Assembly: GCA_965116485.1 (NCBI GenBank)
Contig: OZ220692.1
Coordinates: forward strand, 1,443,279-1,507,278
Source: Acidimicrobiales bacterium
GTDB lineage: Bacteria; Actinomycetota; Acidimicrobiia; Acidimicrobiales; Aldehydirespiratoraceae
Length of the DNA: 64,000 nucleotides
Direction: 5' to 3'
Of this stretch, positions 56,995 through 64,000 are shown one piece after another. The notes beneath the pieces are model-generated. The model saw only the letters and a program-made list of their open reading frames with translations, ran no database searches and was not told the origin of the DNA. A program made the translations under genes and the position numbers. How positions within the stretch are numbered: the first letter of the stretch is position 1; every line of letters begins with the position of its first letter.

Positions 56995-58653
56995 GTGGCG
57001 CTCGACTCAATTGATGCAGCCGCCCTTCGTGGCATCGTCGTCACCTTTCGCGACGCCCTGGCCGACCATCGAGAGGCGATCAACAACCTCAACGTGTACC
57101 CGGTCCCAGACGGCGACACCGGGACCAACATGTCGCTGACCCTGCGCTCGGTGGTCGAGGAACTCGACGACAACGGCGACGACATGGCTTCGGTGTGCGA
57201 CGGAATCGCCCACGGCTCGCTGATGGGCGCCCGGGGGAACAGCGGTGTGATCCTGTCGCAGATCCTTCGCGGCTTCTCCGCGGTGGCGGCTGAACATCTG
57301 TGCATCGACGGCCCGCTGTGGGCAACAGGGTTGACCGCGGCGGCCAAGGGCGCCTACACCGCTGTGGGAAATCCGGTCGAGGGAACGATTCTCACCGTTA
57401 TCAGGGAATCTGCGCAGGCGGCAACGGATGCTGCAGCCGAGGGCGCCGATCTTTGCGGAGTCCTTGAAGCTGCCCGTGACGAAGCGGCCGCGTCGCTCGA
57501 ACGGACCCCCACGCTGCTGCAGGTTCTGGCCGACGCGGGAGTGGTGGACGCGGGCGGGGCTGGACTCGTGCTGCTCTGCGACGCGGCGCTGCATGTCGTC
57601 GACGGTCGGCCGATGCCCGAGCCGGAAGAGACCTCGAAGCCGGCTCCCCGCCACCGTTCGACAGGGCCGGCGCGTCCCGAGGGCGGCCCGTCGATCGCCG
57701 ACCTCCGCTATGAGGTCATGTTCCTGCTCGACGCTGCGGATCAGAAGATCGCCGGTTTCAAGGAGGCCTGGGCGGAAGTGGGGGACTCCATCGTCGTCGT
57801 GGGCGACGGAGGCATCTACAACTGCCACATCCACTGCGACGACATCGGCACAGCTATCGAATGCGGCATCGCGATAGGGCGGCCCCACAACATCCGGGTC
57901 ACCGATCTGCTCGACGAGCTTGCAGAACTCGAGGAACGCGACTGGGTTGCGGCGGCTCTCGACGGCGACGCCACGCCGCCCGACGACGCCCCGGCGGTGC
58001 CCACTGCGGTCGTTGCCGTCGGTACGGGATCGGGCGTTGTCGCGTTACTGAAGTCGATGGGAGTTCACGCTGTGGTCGCCGGTGGACAGTCGATGAACCC
58101 GTCCACAGCCGAGTTGGTGGCGGCGGTCGAATCGGTCGCCGCCCCCGAGGTGGTCATCCTCCCCAACAACAAGAACATCATCGCGGTGGCGCAACAGGTC
58201 CAAGAGCAGACCAGCCGCACCGTGGAGGTCGTCACCACGACGAGCGTGACCGAAGCGCTGGCGAGTCTCATGGCCTATGACCCTCAGGCGACCGCGTCTG
58301 TGAATGCAGCTTCGATGACCGAGGCGTTCAGCGGTGTCGTCTCGGGCGAGGTGACCCGAGCCGTGCGCGACGCCACCAGCGACGCAGGCCCCATCGTCAC
58401 CGGGGACTGGCTGGGAATCGCCAAGACGGGAATCCGCGCGGTCGAGCCGTCATTGGCCGCCGCGGCGACCGGGCTGCTCGCCGAGATCGTCGACGAGGAC
58501 CATGAGCTGCTGACCGTCATTGCCGGGGAGGGCGCCGACCACTACACGACCGCTCTGATCGAGTCGTGGGTCAGCCGGAACCATCCCGACGTGGAGGTGG
58601 AGGTGCATCACGGCGGGCAGCCGCTCTACCCTTATTTCTTCGGTTTGGAGTAG
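56995..58653 (+). CDS. DAK2-domain fatty acid kinase catalytic subunit (FakA/YloV-like)
   Basis: LNVYPVPDGDTGTNM, GARGNSGVILSQ, GGQSMNPS, GGQPLYPY; GTG start at 56995. Confidence 0.93.
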   Translation: MALDSIDAAALRGIVVTFRDALADHREAINNLNVYPVPDGDTGTNMSLTLRSVVEELDDNGDDMASVCDGIAHGSLMGARGNSGVILSQILRGFSAVAAEHLCIDGPLWATGLTAAAKGAYTAVGNPVEGTILTVIRESAQAATDAAAEGADLCGVLEAARDEAAASLERTPTLLQVLADAGVVDAGGAGLVLLCDAALHVVDGRPMPEPEETSKPAPRHRSTGPARPEGGPSIADLRYEVMFLLDAADQKIAGFKEAWAEVGDSIVVVGDGGIYNCHIHCDDIGTAIECGIAIGRPHNIRVTDLLDELAELEERDWVAAALDGDATPPDDAPAVPTAVVAVGTGSGVVALLKSMGVHAVVAGGQSMNPSTAELVAAVESVAAPEVVILPNNKNIIAVAQQVQEQTSRTVEVVTTTSVTEALASLMAYDPQATASVNAASMTEAFSGVVSGEVTRAVRDATSDAGPIVTGDWLGIAKTGIRAVEPSLAAAATGLLAEIVDEDHELLTVIAGEGADHYTTALIESWVSRNHPDVEVEVHHGGQPLYPYFFGLE

Positions 58654-58659
58654 ACCCGC

Positions 58660-60798
58660 ATGCCCGCCGGAGACCCCCCGCTGACACTGCGGGATCTCGC
58701 GGGCATCAAAGTCACCCAGTTGCGCGGTGTCGGTCAACGAATCGCGGAGCAGCTTCTGGCCGTGGAGATCTCAACGGTCCTCGATCTGATTCAGCATTAT
58801 CCGAGGCGCTACCTGGACCGCACCCGGCAAGCCCAGATCGCTGATCTTCTCCCCGGTGACGAAGCAACTGTGCTGGGTACGGTCCGCAGCGCCCGCAGCC
58901 GACGGTTGAGAGGGCGTCGAACCCTGACCAACGTCGAGATAGGCGACGGCACGGGCAGGCTCACCCTCACCTTCTTCAACCAGCAGTGGCGCGAGAAGCA
59001 ACTCACAGAGGGCATGGAAGTCCTCGTACACGGCAAGTTCGAGCTCTTCAGAGGGGCGCGCCGGATGACGGCGCCGGTCGTTGATCTGGTCGGGGACAAG
59101 ACCGGCCGAATAATCCCCGTGTACCCCCAGTCCTCCAAGGCGGGGTTGACGACCTGGAAACTGGCCCAGCTCGTAAAGGAGGCCCTCAGCAGGAGCCGAG
59201 TGCGCGGCTTCGCCGATCCCGTTCCGCCAGAGGTGCTCGACCGGTTCGATTTCGTCGACCGCGAAGCCGCGCTGTACGGCATCCACCTCCCCGAGTCGAT
59301 GGCGGAGATGGACCAGGCCCGCCGCCGGCTCGTGTTCGACGAGCTCTTCCGGGTGCAGTTGGAACTGGTCCGTCGCAAGGCGAGCATCGAGCGTCAGACA
59401 ATCGGGGTCGCCCACGACATGTCCGGCGAGTTGGTCGATCGTTTCCATGCGAGCCTGCCGTTCGCACTCACCGAGGCACAACGGCGGGTCAATGCCGAGA
59501 TCGCCCATGACCTCGCCGCCGAATGTCCGATGCATCGCCTGCTGCAGGGGGATGTGGGGTCGGGCAAGACGGTGGTCGCGGTGACTGCGCTGCTGACCGC
59601 TGTCCAAGGCGGTTACCAGGGCGCGCTCATGGCGCCCACCGAGGTGCTCGCCGAGCAGCACCACCTCAGCGTGAGCGACATGCTCGGCGGCCTGTCGGTG
59701 CCGGACCCGATGTCGTTGTTGGGGGACCGGCCGCTGCGCGTGGAGCTGTTGACCAACAGCGTCGGAGCGTCAGCGCGCCGCCAAGTGCTCGACGACCTGA
59801 TCGTCGGCGGTGTCGACATCGTGATCGGAACCCACGCACTGATCCAGGAGAAGGTCCAGTACCGGTCGCTGGGAATGGTGGTCATCGATGAACAGCATCG
59901 CTTCGGGGTCGAGCAGAGGGCCGCGCTGAGGGACAAAGGCGAGTCCGTCGGTGTGCCCGATGTGCTGGTGATGACGGCCACGCCGATTCCCCGCACCGCC
60001 GCGATGACGGTCTACGGCGACCTCGATGTCAGCACCTTGGACGAGATGCCGCCGGGACGGAGCCCGATCATCACCGGTTGGGCGCAAGGTCCGACAGCGG
60101 AGAGCGACGTCTGGGAGACGGTTCGCAACGAGGTTGCCCATGGTCGTCAGGCCTACGTCGTCTGCCCGCTGATCGAAGAGTCCGCGGTGATCGAAGTCCG
60201 CAGTGTCGAGGACGCCTTCGTGGAGCTGCAGAACGGCGAGCTGGCGGGCCTGCGCGTGGGTCTGCTGCACGGGCGGGTCTCGCCCGCGGAGAAGGAGGCG
60301 ACGATGGCGCACTTCCGGGCGGGCTCCATCGATGTGCTGGTTGCGACGACTGTGATCGAAGTGGGAGTCGACGTCCCCAATGCCACGGTCATGGTCGTCT
60401 TCGATGCTGACCGGTTCGGGATGGCGCAGCTGCATCAACTCCGCGGGAGGGTCGGCCGCGGCGAGCACCAGGGGCTCTGCTATCTGTTCGGCGACCCCGG
60501 CACCGACGACGGAAGAGCCCGTATCGAGGCTCTGGTGGCGAGCACGGACGGGTTCGACCTGGCCGAAGTCGACCTTGAGATACGGGGCGAGGGCACGATC
60601 ATGGGGGAGAGGCAGAAGGGACGCAACGACCTCCGCCTGGCGTCGTTGCGAAGAGACAGGGAGTGGGTGTCGCTTGCCCGCGAGGTTGCGACCGAGATCA
60701 TCGCCGACGACCCGGAACTGACCGACCATCGGGCATTGGGCGTGGAGGTCGATCTGATGCTCGGCGACGATGAAGCCGAGTTCCTGATGAAGAGCTGA
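58660..60798 (+). CDS. recG: ATP-dependent DNA helicase RecG
   Basis: LQGDVGSGKT, DEQHRFG, MTATPIPRT, QLRGRVGRG. Confidence 0.97.
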   Translation: MPAGDPPLTLRDLAGIKVTQLRGVGQRIAEQLLAVEISTVLDLIQHYPRRYLDRTRQAQIADLLPGDEATVLGTVRSARSRRLRGRRTLTNVEIGDGTGRLTLTFFNQQWREKQLTEGMEVLVHGKFELFRGARRMTAPVVDLVGDKTGRIIPVYPQSSKAGLTTWKLAQLVKEALSRSRVRGFADPVPPEVLDRFDFVDREAALYGIHLPESMAEMDQARRRLVFDELFRVQLELVRRKASIERQTIGVAHDMSGELVDRFHASLPFALTEAQRRVNAEIAHDLAAECPMHRLLQGDVGSGKTVVAVTALLTAVQGGYQGALMAPTEVLAEQHHLSVSDMLGGLSVPDPMSLLGDRPLRVELLTNSVGASARRQVLDDLIVGGVDIVIGTHALIQEKVQYRSLGMVVIDEQHRFGVEQRAALRDKGESVGVPDVLVMTATPIPRTAAMTVYGDLDVSTLDEMPPGRSPIITGWAQGPTAESDVWETVRNEVAHGRQAYVVCPLIEESAVIEVRSVEDAFVELQNGELAGLRVGLLHGRVSPAEKEATMAHFRAGSIDVLVATTVIEVGVDVPNATVMVVFDADRFGMAQLHQLRGRVGRGEHQGLCYLFGDPGTDDGRARIEALVASTDGFDLAEVDLEIRGEGTIMGERQKGRNDLRLASLRRDREWVSLAREVATEIIADDPELTDHRALGVEVDLMLGDDEAEFLMKS

Positions 60799-60834
60799 AC
60801 GGCTCTTCGGGGCCCAGCGGCCCGAGCGCGGCGT

Positions 60835-60999
60835 CTAGTCGATGTCGTCGATGGTCAACTCGACGTCCCAGCGGTCACCGCAGTCGGCGCAGCGGTAGGC
60901 GACGACGTCGCCCGGTTCGAACCCCTCGTCCGGCGCGTAGGAGATGAGCCGGCAGCTGCCGCCGCAGTCAACGCAGACGATGGTTTCGGGTGCGCCCAT
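60835..60999 (-). CDS. 54-aa CxxC...CxxC zinc-ribbon microprotein (below ORF-track cutoff)
   Basis: MGAPETIVCVDCGGSCRLISYAPDEGFEPGDVVAYRCADCGDRWDVELTIDDID*; fills the recG-rsmD gap. Confidence 0.8.
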   Translation of the reverse strand: MGAPETIVCVDCGGSCRLISYAPDEGFEPGDVVAYRCADCGDRWDVELTIDDID

Positions 61000-61090
61000 G
61001 AGGTGACCGTACCTTCATTCCGCAGCACGGCAGAAATGAAGTGCCGCGCCGCCTGCGAGTTGCACGTCGTCATGGGCCACACTGGTACAC

Positions 61091-61630
61091 ATGCGTGTCG
61101 TAGCCGGAACGCTCGGTGGACGGCGAATCAGCGCCGGGGACTCCGAGACCGTTCGTCCCACTGCCGATCGCGTCCGCGAGGCGATGTTCAACTCGCTGTA
61201 CTCGCTCGGCGCCATAACCGACGCGGTCGTGCTCGACCTGTTCGCCGGATCGGGCGCGCTGGGAATCGAGGCGCTGTCGCGTGGAGCGGCGAGCGCGGTG
61301 TTCGTGGAGAATGATCGACAGGCCTTGGCGGTGCTGCGTGAGAATCTCGACTCTCTGGGGTTGGCCGGCAGAGCGACGGTCGTGCCCGCCGACGCGTCGG
61401 CGTTCCTGGCCCGCGCTGAGCCGTACGACCTCCTGTTGCTGGACCCCCCGTATTCGTTCGATCGTTGGCCGGAACTGCTCGTCCACGCCACGGACTCGGT
61501 GGTCGCCATCGAATCCGACCGTGAGATCGACCTGCCCGAAACGTGGGATACTCATCGGGTGCGCCGTTACGGAGGTACCGTGGTGACGCTCGCCCTTGCA
61601 CCCGCCGCTCTGGAGTCCCAAGTTCCGTGA
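61091..61630 (+). CDS. rsmD: 16S rRNA m2G966 methyltransferase
   Basis: MRVVAG, VRPTADRVREAMF, LDLFAGSGALG, LDPPY. Confidence 0.95.
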   Translation: MRVVAGTLGGRRISAGDSETVRPTADRVREAMFNSLYSLGAITDAVVLDLFAGSGALGIEALSRGAASAVFVENDRQALAVLRENLDSLGLAGRATVVPADASAFLARAEPYDLLLLDPPYSFDRWPELLVHATDSVVAIESDREIDLPETWDTHRVRRYGGTVVTLALAPAALESQVP

Positions 61631-62100
61631 CCCGTGTCCTGTACCCCGGTTCGTTCGATCCCGTCCACAACGGGCATCTTGAGATCATCGAGACGGCGGC
61701 GAAGCTGTTCGACGAGGTTGTCGTGGCCACCATGGTCAACACCACCAAGGACGGCGTCTTCGACCTCGACGACCGTGAGGCCATGCTCCGCGAGGCGACC
61801 GAGCACCTGCCCAACGTCACCGTGCGGATGTTCGCGGGACTGGTCGTCGATCTTGCCTCGGAGATGGAAGCCGACTTCATTCTGAAAGGCCTGAGGGCTG
61901 TGTCCGACTTCGAGAACGAGTTGCAGATGGCTCAGATGAACAACGCTGCCTCAGGCATCCACACGCTGTTCATCCCATCGGCGTCGAGCAGTTCGTTCCT
62001 GGCGTCGAAGTTCATACGCGATTTCACCAGATTCGGCGGTGACATATCTAAAATGGTTCCCGAAAGTGTGGCCCGTCGATTGAGAGAGCGATACGGATGA
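61627..62100 (+). CDS. coaD: Pantetheine-phosphate adenylyltransferase
   Basis: YPGSFDPVHNGH, KGLRAVSDFENE. Confidence 0.96.
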   Translation: MTRVLYPGSFDPVHNGHLEIIETAAKLFDEVVVATMVNTTKDGVFDLDDREAMLREATEHLPNVTVRMFAGLVVDLASEMEADFILKGLRAVSDFENELQMAQMNNAASGIHTLFIPSASSSSFLASKFIRDFTRFGGDISKMVPESVARRLRERYG

Positions 62101-62681
62101 CCGATCAGAACACCGGAGACGCTCTCTCTGAAGCACCGCCTTCGGCGTACCGGCCCCTGGAAGCCGAAGAAATCCTCAGGGCGGCCATCGACCTGATCGA
62201 GAGGGCTCGCCCGATGCCGATGTCGGCCTCGTCGATAATCAACAAGAACGAGGTTCTGGAATTGCTGAACACGGCGGTGCAGAGCCTTCCCGAGGAGTTT
62301 CGAGCGGCTCGCTGGCTCCTCAAGGAACGCGATGATTTCCTGGCGCGTGTCCAAGGAGAGGGAGACCTGTTGATCGCGCGGGCCCGTGACACCGCTCAGC
62401 GCATGGTCCAGCGCACTGAACTGGCGAGAGAGGCGAACGACCACGCTCGACGGGTCGTCTCGGAGGCCGAACAGGAGGCCAGGGACCTTCGCTTGAAGAC
62501 CGAGGACTGGTGCGATCAGGAACTCGGACGTCTCGAAGTGGTGCTCGACCGCATTTCTCGCTCGGTCGCGTTCGGCAGGTCGCGGATGCAGGGCGCCGCG
62601 CATTCCCAGGAGCCGAGCCCCGAACTTCTGGCCCCGCCGCTGGAACGCAGAGACGAGTTCTTCGACCAGGATCGCGAGTGA
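62097..62681 (+). CDS. Coiled-coil DivIVA/SepIVA-like protein
   Basis: ARPMPMSAS..LPEEFRAARWLLKER coiled coil in the conserved coaD-DUF177 position. Confidence 0.7.
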   Translation: MTDQNTGDALSEAPPSAYRPLEAEEILRAAIDLIERARPMPMSASSIINKNEVLELLNTAVQSLPEEFRAARWLLKERDDFLARVQGEGDLLIARARDTAQRMVQRTELAREANDHARRVVSEAEQEARDLRLKTEDWCDQELGRLEVVLDRISRSVAFGRSRMQGAAHSQEPSPELLAPPLERRDEFFDQDRE

Positions 62682-63274
62682 CCCGGGGCGCTCGATTCGT
62701 GGTCGACACGGCCGGGCTCTTCGGTCGAGCCGAGAATCGGCTGGTTCTCAGCACAGAGGCGATGCTCGCCGACATGGTGTTGTCCGATTCCGGGATGCGC
62801 TCAACGGTGGTCGACGGTCGCCTGTCGTTGGATCTCGTGTTGGAGCGCACCGGCTCCGCCCCCGCCTCGGCTGATTCGGCAGAGCCGGCCGACCCCCCCG
62901 AGCAGGACTCCCGACGAGCCGACACCGGCGGTGTGCTGGTCAGCGGCACGGCTCGTGGACGCTGGTCCGTGCCCTGTCGTCGCTGCTTGGAGCCCACAGA
63001 GGGGGACCTCGTAGCTGAGATTCAGGAGTTGTTCGAGGTCGACCCGACCGAGGGGGAGACGTGGGCACTGCAAGAAGCACTGCAGGACGACGGCCTTGAT
63101 CTGGGACCCATGCTGCGCGAAGTCGCCTTGGTCTGCCTGCCGCTCGCTCCGCTCTGCGGCGCCGAATGTGAGGGTCCGGCCCCGGACAGGTTCCCGACCG
63201 GCCCGCCGCTCGGCGAGGAGTCTCCGGTCGATCCTCGCTGGTCGGTTCTTGACGAGTTGACCTTCGACGTGTGA
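62678..63274 (+). CDS. DUF177/YceD family protein
   Basis: CRRCL, LPLAPLCGAECEG, DPRWSVL; precedes rpmF. Confidence 0.9.
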   Translation: MTRGARFVVDTAGLFGRAENRLVLSTEAMLADMVLSDSGMRSTVVDGRLSLDLVLERTGSAPASADSAEPADPPEQDSRRADTGGVLVSGTARGRWSVPCRRCLEPTEGDLVAEIQELFEVDPTEGETWALQEALQDDGLDLGPMLREVALVCLPLAPLCGAECEGPAPDRFPTGPPLGEESPVDPRWSVLDELTFDV

Positions 63275-63376
63275 TATCGACTCAACCGCGGTGGCGCCGC
63301 AGCGGGGGGTCGATAGCCTTTGCTGTTCGGGTCGGTCACTTCCGGCCTGTGACAATCCGCAAGAAACAGGTTCGCG

Positions 63377-63556
63377 ATGGCCGTCCCGAAGAAGAAGACG
63401 TCGAAATCGAAGACTCGGAGCCGCCGTGCTTCGGCTTGGCGCCTCGGGGCGTCGCCTCGCAGCGCCTGCCCGCGTTGCGACGCCGCCAAACGTCCGCACC
63501 GGGCCTGCGGCAACTGCGGGTGGTACGGCGGCCGTCAGGCCATAGACGTCATCTGA
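63377..63556 (+). CDS. rpmF: 50S ribosomal protein L32 (Zn-binding type)
   Basis: MAVPKKKTSKSKTRSRRA...CPRC...HRACGNCGWY (59 aa, not in the ORF track). Confidence 0.96.
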   Translation: MAVPKKKTSKSKTRSRRASAWRLGASPRSACPRCDAAKRPHRACGNCGWYGGRQAIDVI

Positions 63557-63559
63557 TCG

Positions 63560-64000
63560 ATGCTGCCCATCGCGGTCGACGCCATGGGTGGGGACAACGC
63601 CCCTGCGGCAATCGTGGCCGGCGCCAGGCGCGCCGCATCCGAGATGGGTATCCCGGTCGTGCTGGTCGGAAGGCCCGAGGACCTCGACGACACCGGGGGC
63701 CTGGAGGTTCTCGAAGCCAGCGAAGTGATCGCCATGGACGCTGAGCCGGGCTCGAGCGTTCGCCGCATGAGGGACTCGTCGTTGGTGCGCGCTGCCACGG
63801 CGGTCCGCGACGGTCGTGCCTCGGCAATGGTGTCGGCGGGGAACACCGGTGCGACCATGGCCTCTGCGTTGTTGCGCATGGGGCGCATACGGGGGATCAA
63901 TCGGCCGGCGATCGCCATACCTGTGCCGGTGCCCCGGAGCACGCCCACGACTCTGCTCGATGCCGGAGCGAACGCGGAGTGCCGCCCCGAATGGCTCGTC
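63560..64000 (+). CDS. plsX: Phosphate acyltransferase PlsX (partial, runs off the window)
   Basis: MLPIAVDAMGGDNAP, SAGNTGA, GINRPAIA, LLDAGANAE. Confidence 0.95.
   Translation, partial: MLPIAVDAMGGDNAPAAIVAGARRAASEMGIPVVLVGRPEDLDDTGGLEVLEASEVIAMDAEPGSSVRRMRDSSLVRAATAVRDGRASAMVSAGNTGATMASALLRMGRIRGINRPAIAIPVPVPRSTPTTLLDAGANAECRPEWLV

Overview
A high-GC bacterial chromosome segment. The gene set (kgd, mca, nucS, dnaE2 with a GAAC-N4-GTTC SOS box, F420-type LLM enzyme, DAK2-recG-rsmD-coaD-DUF177-rpmF-plsX) points to Actinomycetota, probably Acidimicrobiia (inference). About 57 kb is housekeeping: ABC exporter pair, VapBC, DnaE2, ion transport, mycothiol, sulfate activation (cysQDNC), lipid/CoA enzymes, EttA, Kgd, XthA, UvrD2, a TPP-riboswitch-controlled thiBPQ, and the recG region. 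The first ~7.5 kb is accessory and ATPase-rich. It holds (i) a >858-aa NACHT/STAND NTPase that is missing from the ORF track, has no N-terminal effector, and overlaps by ATGA an AAA-DUF4143 (PD-(D/E)xK-like) gene, and (ii) a lone AAA+/wHTH ATPase gene with three 20-bp upstream repeats, bracketed by two diverged copies of the neighbouring gene junction. A dispersed GC-rich hairpin repeat (GCCGGGCGTGGCCGGAGCCGCG) occurs at six loci: at four stop codons, in one divergent intergenic gap, and translated inside kgd. Many short VNTRs sit at gene ends. By eye I found no tRNA, rRNA, CRISPR array, integrase or transposase. All calls come from manual motif reading; no searches were run.
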